Shown here piece after piece: positions 47,124 to 59,700 of a DNA stretch of 64,000 nt. Position 1 is the stretch's first letter. Each line of letters starts with the position of its first letter. The notes under the pieces are model-generated. The model did not search any database, had not been told where the DNA came from, and was given only the letters and a program-made list of their open reading frames with translations. Position numbers and translations under genes: made by a program. Origin of the DNA: Eledone cirrhosa (Eukaryota); the NCBI GenBank assembly GCA_964016885.1, contig OZ024757.1, positions 30,132,001 through 30,196,000 on the forward strand, written 5' to 3'.

Positions 47124-50100
47124 TCACATTCATACAAACACACATACACTCACACACAGCGTAGCAAATGGAACGCCAGCCGCTGTTTTGCTATAGTTTT
47201 TCACCTCCCTTCCTTTTATACACACATACATTCACACAAACATCCACACATTGTGTGACAGACAGAAGTCACTCAAATGAATATATAGATATACACACAC
47301 ATAATGTATCCCTATGATCTGTTAAGTTTAGAACTCTCAAAATAAAATGTCTGCTGGATTCTCACAGCAATGATTGTGTCATTGCAGTTTATCTGGAAAC
47401 CTATGGATGTCAAATGAATGTTAACGATACAGAAATTGTTTGGTCAATATTGGAGAAGGAGGACTTTCAAAGAAGTTTTGATATTACTGACGTAAGAATC
47501 TTATCTCATGTTTTAAAAGAAAAAGAAAATAAAGAATTAACTATTATTAATAACCCACCCACCCCCTCACGACTCTCCCCGCCCCTTCTCTCTATCAAAC
47601 ATCCCTCACACACTACATCCCTATCTACTAATCAGCCACCGATACCCATTACTCATTGCCTTGCCAAATCACCACATACACCTGTAACTTCATATCTATC
47701 TCCCTTCTCAGAGCTGAGTGGGCTATATAGTTGGGTCTATGACCAACTACCTCTCCAGTGATGGTGCCATGAAAATGCACTCTGTATATCCGTAAGGTGG
47801 CTGGTGACACACACAGACAAGTTGCTGTTGAGATGTATACACACTCACTCTCTTGCATATGTGTATTCATGTCTATATTTCTGCTTTCAGTGTGATGTAG
47901 CCTTCCTGATGACATGTTCCATTCGTGAAGGAGCTGAAGTTAAGATATGGAAACGTCTAGAATACTTGAACTTCTTGAAGAAGAAAAGAAGAAAAAATAC
48001 TATGAAAATTGGACTTTTGGGTATGTTGCATTAAAATGTTTGTCCAATATAAATTTTGTTGAAATTAACCCTTTAGCATTCACATTACTGTATATTTACT
48101 ATTGTATTTTCACATAAAAGGCTTTATCTCACAAAATTATCTCACATTATATCGAATCTACAAGATTTTGATATATATTTTGAGAATAATACGTTAATGT
48201 TGGTATGAGTAGCCAGTTACGACCGGTTTGAACAAAAAGACGTGAGAGAATTCTGGCCAGATATGACCGGTTTAAATGCTAAAGGGTTAATTATCAAAAT
48301 TCGGAAGGTTCCAGAGAGGTTGTTGATAGCTTCTACTACCTTAGGTGACCTAATTAGCAGTGAAAGGGGTTGCTCCAAGAGCATAGTAGCTAGAATAAGA
48401 ACAGGATGGAAAAAGTTCAGGGAGCTACTACCTCTGTTAACAACAAAATGTTTCACTCTACAAACAAAAAGCCAACTGTGCCTGCATGCAATGTTGCATT
48501 GTAGTGAGACACAGGTAGTGAATGCAGTAGATATGCGAAGGCTGGAGAGAGATGAAGTGAGCATGTTTCATTATATGTGCAATATTAATGTGCATGAATA
48601 AACTGAGAGAAAATCTAGGTGTAAGAGGAATCAGATGTAGTGTTTAAGAGAGAAGACTGCATATAGATGGTGATTGTTGAGTAAAGTAGTGCCAAGAAAT
48701 CCCAGTGGAAAGTAGCTACAGTAGAGGAACAGATGAGCTGATCCGAAATTGCTGAAGCTCACAGAGGAGATGATGAAGGAACACAACAAATGGAGGGATG
48801 GTGTGCTGAAATGTACATCCACTTTTCCATACAAGCCTGGAAAAGAGGATGTAAAATGATGGTGATGGTTAGTTACAACAGAAAAAGTCATAGTGGATGG
48901 TATCATATTGATATTTGATGATCATCATCATGATAATTATGTGGATGATTGAATGGTTTGAATATGAGATGTAACTCACCATTGCAATGTGGTATTCTAT
49001 GCAACAGGATGTATGGCAGAACGGTTGAAAACCAAAATTCTGGAACAAAGCAAGACAGTTGACATTGTCTGTGGTCCTGATGCATACCGAGATCTCCCTC
49101 GTCTTTTGAGCGTTTCCTATGAAGGGCAGACTGCAGGTAAGTAAAGCCAACTATCTCCTGTTCTTTGACTTTCTTTTTGTGCCGAATTTCTCTTGTAAAA
49201 TGTGTGACTTTGTCTCTGTGTTAGAAATCGTTATATTATTATTTATCACTCTTCTGCTAATAAAAGAAATTGTCGCAGTAACAGCTCTCTAAAAGAACAT
49301 TATTTTCCATACATAGACATATGGCGTAGCTCTCTAAAAAATAAAATTATTTTCTATACATAGCCATATGCTGTAACTCTCCAAAACATTCTATTTTCTC
49401 CACACACACAACCATATGCTGCAGCTCTCTAAACAATATATTATTTTCTATACATAACTACACGCTGTAGCTCTCTAAAATATTCATTATTTTCTACACA
49501 CTGCACATGTGGTTGTTGTTAGGAAGGGCATCTAGCTGTAAAATACCCAGCCAAATTTACAGTCCTCACCAGAGCAAGGTGCGACATGTCTAACCATGGC
49601 CAGACTTGCCTCCCAACATGGACGACCCGTCTAAGCCATGCAAGCCTAGAAGAATTGACACTAAATAAAAATGATGATGATGGCACACAGCCACATGCCA
49701 TGGCTCTCTAAAAAACACTATTTTCTTCACACAACTACATGCTGTAGCTCTCTAAAAATATATATTATTTTCTACACATAACTACATGCTGTAGCTCTCT
49801 AAAAGAAAAACACTATTTTCTATACTTTCTACATTGCTTCAAGTAAACTACAACATTCACCTATTTTGTTTAATACCCTGTCTTGTTTCTAGTGAATGTT
49901 CTGCTGTCTTTGGAAGAAACTTATGCTGACATTATGCCAGTCCATATCAATAACACCAGTAAATCTGCTTATGTGTAAGTTTAATGTTTTATTTCCTTTT
50001 TAACCCTTTTGATATCAAACCACATGAAACTGACCCTGGTCCTATGATACAAAACTGTTTTAAATCATTTGTATTAATATTTGTAGAGTATGAGTTCAAA

Positions 50101-51874
50101 TTCCATCAAAGTTAGCTTTGCGTTTCGTCCTTACAGGGTTGATAAAATAAAGTACCAGTAATGCACTCGGGTCAATTTAATCGACTTTCCTCTCCCCAAA
50201 AAATTGTTGGCTTTGTGCCTAAATAAGAAACAATTGATATTAGTAGAGTAAAGGATGGCAGAGTAATTAGAGCGTTGGACAATTGCTTAGCAATATTCAT
50301 TACAGCTCTTTACATTCTTAGTTCAAATCCTGCTGAGGCCAATTTTGTCTTTCATCTTTCTGAGGTTAATAACTGGAGTCGCCCCTTTGTTTGGCTAGTT
50401 TATATTTGCCTAAAAACCTTCCATAATTTTATACAAGAACCATTAATTGATATTCCATTCTAATTTAGAAACAGATCTAGTAATTTTGGTGTGGAATTGA
50501 TTATACTGCCACCAGTACTCAACTGGTACTTTATTATGACAATAGGTTATAAGTTCAATTCTTGGACCAAGCAGTACAATGTGTTCTTGAACAAGGTATT
50601 TCAATTCATGTTGCTTTTCATGATAGGACTAGGAACCCTATCATTAACCCTTTAGCATTTAGACCAGCCATATCCGGACAGAATTCTCTCACATCTTTCT
50701 GTTGAAACTGGCCATAACCAACTGTTCATACTTATGTTAAGGTATTGTTCTCAAAATAAATATCAAAATCTTGTAGCTTCAATATAATGTGAGGTAAAAC
50801 CTTTACCGTGAAAATACAATAGTAAATATAGAGTAATATAAATACTTGTTTCTACTTTAGGCACAAGGCCAGCAATTACCCAGTGCATTACTGGTACTTT
50901 ATTTTATCGACCCCGTAAGGATGAAAGGCAAAGTCAACCTCGGCGGGATTTGAACTCAGATCGTAAAGGGACGTAACTATGCTGGAAAGCATGGCGTCCG
51001 ACCCTCTACCGATACTGCCAATCCACCGCCCTGAGTAATATAAATACTAAAGGATTAAAACACCCAAGAAGTCTCTTATGAGATGCAACATTGTATGAGG
51101 CCAGCTAAACCTACACAGGTGTGAGCTATAACAATAACATACATATATGTGTGTATGATAAGACTGGAGCCCCCACTCATTAAAACACCCAAGGAAACTC
51201 CTGAGATGCAACATTGTATGAGGCCAGCTAAACCCACATAGGTGTGAGCTATGACAATAATATACATATATATTTATATGATAAGACTGGGACCCCTTAT
51301 TAAAACACCCAAGGAAACTCCTATGAGATATGATATTGTAGGAAGTTAGCTAAACTTACATCTACATAGGTGTGAGATGTAAATTTCATTTCATTTTTTT
51401 TTTCCTTTGTCATTCCTAGGTCAATCATGCGTGGCTGTGATAATATGTGCTCTTATTGCATTGTCCCCTTCACACGGGGTCGGGAACGGAGCAGACCTGT
51501 GGATTCCATCTTGGAAGAAATTCGCATCCTATCAGATCAGGTAAAAATGTCTTTTGTTGTGAGTATAGTGGAGAGTAGACATCGGTCAAAGGTCTGAAAC
51601 TAGGAAAAAGAATGTGCTTATGTATGTATATATATATATATATGTGTGTGTGTGCATGTTTGTATGTGAGTGTATGTGTATATATATATATGTGTGTGTG
51701 TGTGAGTGTATCGTTTAACATCTATCTCCCACACTAGCATGGGTTAGACAGGAGTTGTCTCACTTGAGGCAAGGTTGATCGGGTGACCGTCTCGCTCGCA
51801 TGGCAGATTTTCTACGGCTGGATGTCCTTCCTAACACCAACTACATTTACAGTGTGGACTAGGAGCCTTTTATG

Positions 51875-51919
<45 letters not shown>

Positions 51920-54900
51920 ATGTATATGTGAGTGTATGTATGTGTTTATGTATATATATGTTTATATAATTTGTCATGTTATTCATGTTGCAGGGCATCA
52001 AGGAAGTGACACTTTTGGGGCAGAATGTGAATAGCTACCGTGATCTTTCCACCTGGCAAAGTGGTGTTGACTTCAACCTCACAGAAATGGCACCAGGTTT
52101 CAAAACTGTTTACAAAACTAAAAAGGGAGGACTACGCTTCGCTGACTTGTTAGACAAAGTTTCTTCCATAAACCCGGAAATGCGAATCCGTTTCACATCA
52201 CCTCATCCGAAGGATTTCCCAAGTTCTGTAAGAAATGTTTAACCCTTTAGCATTTAAACTGGCCATATCTGGCCTGAATTCTCTCACCATTTTCTGTTCA
52301 CACCAACCATAACCAGCCCCTCATACTGGTATTAGCCCTTTAGCATTTACATTGCTCTATATATTCTATTGTATTTTCATGATAAAGACATTACCTCACA
52401 TAATATCAAATCTATAAGATTTGGATATTATCTATTTTGAGACCAATACCTTAACATCAGTATGAGTGACCAGTTATAACAGAAAGAGGTAAGAGAATTT
52501 GTTGTTGCTGTGAATGTTATTTTTATTTATTTTTTTTATTTTCATTTTAAACAGGCCGAGTGTCCCTTTAGAGCCCAACACATCTACACACCCTCACCCT
52601 TTCATGAGCACATTTCTAATGAAATACACTCTATTTTAATTAATTAATGAAGACTTTTGAGTGATTTAGTAAAATTTTCATTACTAAGATAGTAACTTAA
52701 TGTAAGGTTCTTATATGAAATTATGTTGGAAGTTTTAAATTTAAATTGGACACCTTTAAAATGGGTGGTTTTATTTCCATAAAACCAGAACCACTTTTGG
52801 CCAGGTCGGTAACTAAAGGGTTAAAACAAACAGTTTAGCAGAGTCGGCCTTACAATCGTGAGGTTGTGACTTCAACTCTCAAACCAGGCTTTGCGTTGTG
52901 TTCTTGAGCTAAACACTTTATTTCATGTTATTCCAGTTCACTCAGCTGTAGAAATGAGTTTCAACATCACTGGTGCCAAGCTGTATCGGCGTTTGCCTTT
53001 CCCTTGGACAACATCGGTGGCGTAGAGATGGGAAACTAGTATGCATGGGCAACTGCTGGTTTTCTACAAACAACTTTGCCCTGAGATGTGCCTCAGGGGG
53101 GAACTTTCTAGATGCAAATCCCATGGTCATACATGACCGAAGGGAGTCTTTCTTTACTTTTTACCTTTTTGGTATGGAAAGGAATAAAAAAGTAAATTGT
53201 TGTTTGTTTGTATTTGGTCCTATAAAATAGAAAATGTCTTGTTTCTGATGAATGCAGGTGTTGCAATTAATCAAAGAACGCCACAATATCTGCAAACAGA
53301 TTCACCTACCTGCACAAAGTGGTAACAACTTTGTACTGGAACAGATGCGACGTGGCTATACAAGAGAAGCCTATCTTGATCTTGTGCAGCACATTCGTCA
53401 AGTTATACCAGGTAAGAACTACAAAATAAATAATTGCAGCATTATTGTTTTGTTTTGATTTTTTTTAATTCCATTTTTTTTTATTTAGATTTTTTCATGT
53501 TTATCATGTTTCTGATGGAGGCACATGGCTTAGTGGTTAGAGCATTGGCCTTGCAATCGAAAGGTTGTGAGTCCAATTCTCAGACCGGGTGATGTGTTGT
53601 TTCCTTGAGCAAGACACTTTATTTCACATTGCTCCAGTTTACTCAGCTGTAGAAATGAGATGATAGGGACTGGGGTCCCTATCATTCCACTGCAAAGTGG
53701 TCGTGGAGGTGCCACGGCAAAAAAGCACCCAGTCCACACTGTAAAGTGGTCGTGTAGGCACCACGGAAAAAAGCACCCAGCACTCACTGTAAATGAGGTT
53801 GGTGTTAGGGAAGGCATCCAGCTGTAGAAATCAAGCCAGAATCAGTTCCCGTCCCACCCTTGCAAGCAGGGAAAAGCGGACGTAAAATGATGATGATATG
53901 TTAAAAACATATTTTCAATAATTTTATCACAGTAGAGTCAGTCTACCATTCTATATTTCCAGACATACATCTGTCTACTATTCTGTAAGTCCAGATATAC
54001 ATCTGTCAAATATTCTGTAATTCTAGACATACATCTGTCAAATATTCTATAATTCCAGACATACATCTGTCTACCATTCTATAACTCCAGACATACATCT
54101 GGCTACTATTCTATACTTCCAGACATACATCTGTCAAATATTCTGTAACACCAGACATACATCTGTCTACTATTCTGTAATTCCAGACATACATGTCAAA
54201 TATTCTGTAATTTCAGACATATATCTGTCAACTGTTCTATAATTCCAGACATACATTTGGCTACTATTCTATAATTCCAGACATACATCTGTCCAGTGAC
54301 TTCATAACTGGTTTCTGTGGAGAGACGGAAGCAGCTCATCGTGACACTGTCTCATTAATGCAACATGTCCGCTACCACTACGCCTTTACTTTCCCATACA
54401 GCATGAGGCAGGTGAGTTGATATGGGGTGACAGGTGACAGACACTGAGGTGTGTTGACAGGGTGACAAGGGGATAAATACATGTCAGGTGACAGGCACAG
54501 CTGAGTTGATAAGGTAACAGGCATAGGGGTGAGTTGACAAAGTGACATAGTTGAGTTGACAAGGTGACAGACAGAATTGAATGTCTGACCAAAACTTTGA
54601 TTTCCTATTTGTCATGTCATAAATGATTTTTTTTTTTTTGTAATTCTTTTATATCTTAACCTGTACAGAAAACCCGTGCTTATCACCGCCTCATTGATGA
54701 TGTCCCCATGGACGTTAAAGCCAGGAGATTGGTAGAATTGGCAGAGACATTTCGTGAAATAGCTTCAGAATTGAACACACAGCAGATTGGAAGCTACCAG
54801 ACTGTTCTCATCAGTGGAGTAAGTTTGTCCTCTTCGATGGCTGCCACTTTCACCCTTTTGTTACCACATCTCTAATGAAAGACAATGCCTATGATTTTCA

Positions 54901-56303
54901 AATAATTTCGATAATAATTAAGAATTTAGGAGTTTAGTAAGTAATTTTCTCATTATTAACCCTTTAGCATTTAAATTGGCTGTATCCAGCCAGAATTCTC
55001 TCACCTCTTTCTGTTCAAACTGGCCATAACGAGCCACACTGTTCTCAAAATCTTATAGATTCGATACTATGTGAGATAATTGTGGGAAGTAAAGCCTTTA
55101 CCGCGAAAATACAATAGTAAATATAGAGTAATGTAAATACTAAAGGGTTAAGAAAGGATTTTACATAAAATTATGATGGAAGATTTTTAGATAAATATAA
55201 ACACTAAAAGTTAGCTATATTACTAAATCCTTCCAAATTCTTGATTATCTTCAAAATTATTTGAAAATGAGGCAGGCAGTCGTTCATTAGAAATATGTTA
55301 ATGAAAGGGTTAATTCTTCACACAGATACAGTGTCTATTTAATTCTTTATTCTTTCATCCAGACAAGTAAAAGATCTCAGCTGGATCTTGCCGGCCGGAA
55401 CGATGGCAACACAAAGGTGATTATACCTCAGACTGAAATACCAATCTCTGCATCCTCAGAGACAAGAAGACCAATGGAAGTGAGTGACTATGTTGTTGTT
55501 CAAGTGAGTATTATTTTTTTCTAGATTGTTCTATGAGGGTGCAGTGGGCAGGGGAAAGGAGTTCAAATCTAGTTCTGCTCTGAGGCTAAACAACTGTATG
55601 ATCATGATGATCATCATCATCATCAGCATTTAATGTCTATTTTCCATGCTTGCATGGGTTAGATAAACTGTCACATACACTAAAATAGTTACTTAACATA
55701 TTGTTGGAAGATTTTAATTTACTTGACAGGATGCATAGCTCAGAGATCAGGGAGTCACTCTAAGTTGGTGCTACTTCTCCGGATCAAGAGATCACAGCTC
55801 TGGTTCTATTGGGCATGTGGTTAGTATGTCTAAAGAAAGAATTGCAAAACCAACCAGCAGGAGTCCCAGAAGTATACCAGCTACAAGGGAGATGGTTGGA
55901 TATCCATAAGCTCTGTTGATCTCACTTGCGGACAGTTGCTTCTGAGGACTCTGCCTCAATGACCCTCTCGGGAATATCTGGGTACAGATTTCAATTTAAA
56001 TAGGAACTCTTTAAAATGGGAGGTTTTGTTTCATAGAACCAGAGCCAGTTTTAGTCAGATTAGTATTAAAAGGATTAAACAACAAATACAGCTAGATATT
56101 TTACTAGCCTCTATTCTCAGAAAGTTTTGATTAGTTTGAAAATATATTCTAACAAATATTTTCTTGTTTTCTTCTAAAAGGTAACTGGTGCCTCTTCTCA
56201 GGTGTTGAAAGGTGAAGCTCTCTATCACACAACTTTGGCAGACTCCAGCAGGTACGAAGCCAACAAAAGGAATCAAATAGAGTGGTCACAGTTGAATGGA
56301 TGA
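45839..56303 (+). CDS. CDK5RAP1: Mitochondrial tRNA methylthiotransferase (MiaB-type radical SAM; UPF0004, radical SAM and TRAM domains); 12 coding exons; about 624 aa
   Basis: Exons: 45839-46214, 47388-47491, 47891-48020, 49008-49136, 49893-49974, 51420-51540, 51994-52227, 53258-53411, 54281-54411, 54669-54818, 55363-55503, 56181-56303 (1875 nt, in frame). Motifs [37 protein letters not shown] (CxxxCxxC), [47 protein letters not shown]. The N-terminus looks like a mitochondrial presequence. Confidence 0.96.
48065..48290. mobile_element. piggyBac-like MITE of about 220 bp (TTAA target site; termini CCCTTTAGCATT...AATGCTAAAGGG). Copies at 38421-38645, 40982-41210, 50644-51058, 52239-52500, 54956-55151, 56435-56638; partial at 62885-62986 and 63420-63532
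   Basis: TTAA flanks, terminal inverted repeats and conserved internal sequence; present in both orientations. Confidence 0.85.
48300..48870 (+). mobile_element. Degenerate 3' fragment of the same RTE-X-type LINE family, in CDK5RAP1 intron 3
   Basis: [17 protein letters not shown]...MLHCSET...RRLERDE matches the 58698 ORF; frameshifted. Confidence 0.8.
49280..49835 (+). repeat. Degenerate 45-50-bp minisatellite upstream of CDK5RAP1 exon 5, interrupted by a LINE 3'-UTR fragment
   Basis: Recurrent GCTGTAGCTCTCTAAAA...TATTTTCTACACA. Confidence 0.8.
50847..51032 (-). mobile_element. Full-length tRNA-derived SINE with a 16-bp target-site duplication, inserted in a MITE; representative of the most abundant family here (roughly 20 full or partial copies)
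   Basis: A-box-like TGGCAGTATCGG, B-box GAGTTCAAATCC, central GCCTTTCATCCTTACGGGGTCGATAAAATAAAGTACCAG resembling a Deu/Nin-type domain. TSD GAGTAATATAAATACT at 50831-50846 and 51033-51048. Other copies include 16480-16665, 33853-34030, 42095-42290 and 57355-57515. Confidence 0.88.
51055..51378 (+). repeat. About 120-125-bp tandem repeat (about 2.5 copies) upstream of CDK5RAP1 exon 6
   Basis: TTAAAACACCCAAG... starts at about 51055, 51180 and 51300. Confidence 0.85.
53517..53660 (+). mobile_element. Second tRNA-derived SINE family; related copies at 52830-52960 and 50560-50615
   Basis: TGGCTTAGTGG A box, GTGAGTCCAATTC B-box-like motif, TCCTTGAGCAAGACACTT core. Confidence 0.65.
53941..54293 (+). 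repeat. 32-bp minisatellite, 11 copies, made of the CDK5RAP1 intron 8/exon 9 junction
   Basis: Unit about TTCCAG|ACATACATCTGTCTACTATTCTATAA; acceptor AGs end at 53962, 53994, 54026, 54058, 54090, 54122, 54154, 54186, 54216, 54248 and 54280. Confidence 0.93.
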
Positions 56304-56717
56304 GAAACCAGAAGAGTCCTAAACTGTCACGCTTGATTGGTTTTAACCATGTAAATAGAAGTGATATCTGTATTTTTTAAACCATGTGTTCTGTGGTATA
56401 GGTGACGCTGTGTACCTTTAACTTCAGAGAGGGGCATTTAAACCGACCAGAATTCTCACACCTTTCTGTTCAAACCAGCTGTAACTGGCCACTCATATTG
56501 ATTTTAAGTTATTGTTCTCAAAATAAATAATATCAAAATCTCATAGATTCGATATTATGTGAGATAATTATGTAAGGTAAAGCCTTTACTGTGAAAATAC
56601 AATAGTATGTATAGAGTAATGTAAATGCTAAAGGCTTAAAACAAGCTAAACAACTATGAAAATATTTAAATAAAACAAAACAGAACTAACAAACAAAAGT
56701 CACATTTATTATTATTA

Positions 56718-59700
56718 CTATTTCTTTTTCTGCCGCTTATGTCTTTGTTTGTGCTTCTTTTGAAGCGGTGGAGGTTTCGTTCCTGTCGTATTCAACAATA
56801 CACTGCGGTCTATAGGTTTGATGATGGTACCTAGCTTGGTTTCAATTTTAGGTTTGACTAGTTCCTTTACTACAGTCTGGGGGTTCCAGTCTTTACCAAT
56901 AGGGGCCGCTATAGTAGCTGCAAAGTCTTTGGCATCAACGTAAGGAAATGGTAGTTCTTTAACCTACAATGAAAACATATCAATAGCATTGAACCAATAA
57001 CAATGGATAATTGTGTGGTGTGTAGTGTAATGATATAATGGGTAGTGTGTGATGTGTAGTATGTGAACATAATGTATAGTGTGTGATGGTAATGGAGGTA
57101 TAGTGTGTGATGGTAATGGAGTGATAGTGTGTGATGGTAATGGAGTGATAATGTGTAATGGTAATGGTGTGATAATGTGTAATGGTAATGGTGTGATAAT
57201 GTGTAATGGGGTGATAATGTGTAGTGTATGAACATAGTAATGTGTAATGATATAATGCATAGGGCGTAATGGAATGGTATGATGATTTATAGTGTGTAAA
57301 GCTGATGATAACGGTGTGTAATGTGTGAACATGATGTAATGTAAAGGTAATAATTGTTTCTACGTTAGGCACAAGGCCAGCAATTAACCAGTGTATTACT
57401 GGGACTTTATTTTATCGACCCCGTAAGGATGAAAGGCAAAGTTAACTCAGAATAGCAAGGGCCGTAACTCTATATGTCAAAGCATGGCGTCCGACCCTCT
57501 ACCAATACTGCCAATCCAATGTACAGACATCATCGTTTTTCCATCCACATTTCCATGCTGGCATGGATTAGATGGGATGCCATTTACCTTTCCTGATACC
57601 CACCTTTTTTATTACTTCTTACAACTAATGCGATTCGGTAGTCGCTAGAACATTGGATAGAATGCTTTGAAGCATTCATTTCGGCTCTCTGAGTTGAAAT
57701 CCCGCCAAGATCAACTTTGCCTTTCATCCATTATTGGTCAATATAAAAAATTATCAGTCAAGTACTGGGGTCGATTCTTCCTTTATATCTCTTTCTCACT
57801 TCCTTTCTATCACTCTCTTTATCCTTCTCTGGAGGAAATCTACTGTATTCAGGCCTGGAGAGGAAATGGGCTCCACCGGGCTTAAAAAGTGCACTAAAAA
57901 CGCCATATTAACATATGGTGCCCCTACGACTCCCTCGGGAGTTATGGGTTTATACTATACCATACAACTAGTGCAGGGATACAGTGTACCTATTCAACAA
58001 ACCAGAGAACACACATGATAATGTGTAGTGTTAAAGTTAACCTCGGCAGGATTTGAACTCAGAATGTTTAGTATCAAAATGATTAAGATGTGATGTTGAC
58101 AATATGGCGTTTTGTAGTGCTTGTGGTAAGAATGAGGATGATGTTAATGATGGTTGAATGTATTGAGTGCTTCCAGGTGAGTAGCAACACATCAATACTA
58201 CTTACCTGGTATTTGCATATAGCGGTGTCCTTCGTTTCATCAATGATCACATGTCCAAGACGGTCGTCTTTCCGAGGTTCAGGCATCGGAGCCTTCTTTG
58301 TAAATCTGAGTAAAAAAGAAACAAAGTATTCCAGTACATAGATAAAGTATATACACAATATACAAACAACACGTAGTATAATACTAATCATCATCATCAT
58401 CATCATCACCGTTTTACGTCCGTTCTTCCACGCTAGCATGGGTTAGACGGGTTGTCCTGTTGTGGGCAGTGTCTGGTCGGCTGACCATGCCTTGCTCATA
58501 CAGGAACTGATCTGGCTTGATTTCTACAGCTGGATGCCCTTCCTAACACCAACCTCATTTACAGTGAGTGCTGGGTGCTTTTTCGTGGCGCCTACACGTC
58601 CACTTTACAGTGTGGGCTGGGTGCTTTTTTGCCGTGGCACCTCCACGACCACCTTGCGGTGGGGGGGGGGGGGGGGGGGGCATATTGTTTATATGCTTCA
58701 GCATGTACCCATGGGAGGTCGGGTACCCTGTATTACTGCGTGACGCCAGAAGTCACGGTCGTGTGTCATTGACTTTGAGAGGTGTAGTTGGGTAAGGTCG
58801 GCTTTTATCACCTCATCCCAAGTCATCTTGGGTCTCCCCACTCCGCGGTTTCCATCAACTTCTAGTGCTCTGCACCTTTTTATGCAGCTGTCATCCTTCA
58901 TACGCATCACATGTCCATACCAGCGTAACCGCCTCTCCTGCACGCAGCATTTGATTCCTCTTATGCTCAGTCTCTCTCTCAATTCATTTATGCTTTGTCG
59001 TTCACGTATATTACTGTTACACATCCATCGGAGCATGCAGGCTTCGTTTCTCTCTAATCTACGTAAGTCTTCCACCTTCAGCGCCCAGGTCTCACTACCA
59101 TGCAACATCGCTGTTCGGATACACGCATCATACAGTCTGCCTTTCATTCTGAGGGAGAAGCCTTTTGCAGCTAGCAGTGGTAGTAGTTCCCTAAACTTCT
59201 TCCATCCCGTTCTTACCCTAGTTATTGTACTTTCTGAGCACCCACCTCCGTTGCTAATTCGGTCACCTAGGTAGCAGAAGCTGTCTACTGTTTCTACAGG
59301 GCCCTCCCAGAGATTGGTGGTACTTGTTTCCTGTGGCTGTTTGCTTGCTGTTTCAGCACAGCTGCTGCATGTGAATCCTACATTCTTAATTAAGCTTCCT
59401 GAGATCCCGCTACATCTCTTGTGTACCCATTGTTTGCATTTGGGGCAAAGAATGGAGTTCCTACCTACACCTTTCCTACATACTGAGCAAGGCCATTTCC
59501 CTGAGGGGATCTGGGTTCTGTTTTCTCGTCTACTTATAAGGACCTTAGTCTTTGTCATGTTGACTTTGAGGCCCTTTCTCTCTAGTCCCTGCTTCCAGGT
59601 TTGGAATTTATTCTCTAGTTCTACCATAGATTCAGCTATGAGTGCGAGGTCATCAGCATACAGGAGTTCCCATGGGCATCCGGTCTTAAACTCCTCCGTT

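Noticed and set aside
53517-53590. tRNA gene
   Set aside because: A and B boxes are present, but there is no convincing cloverleaf and the sequence runs on into a SINE body.
53941-54293. CRISPR-like regular 32-bp repeats
   Set aside because: The units are contiguous with no unique spacers, the context is a eukaryotic intron, and there are no cas genes.
45839-56303. Possibility that this gene is CDKAL1, which would form a direct t6A to ms2t6A pathway with YRDC
   Set aside because: The motifs ([35 protein letters not shown]) and the presequence are MiaB/CDK5RAP1 type, not the CDKAL1 TWGCSHN type.
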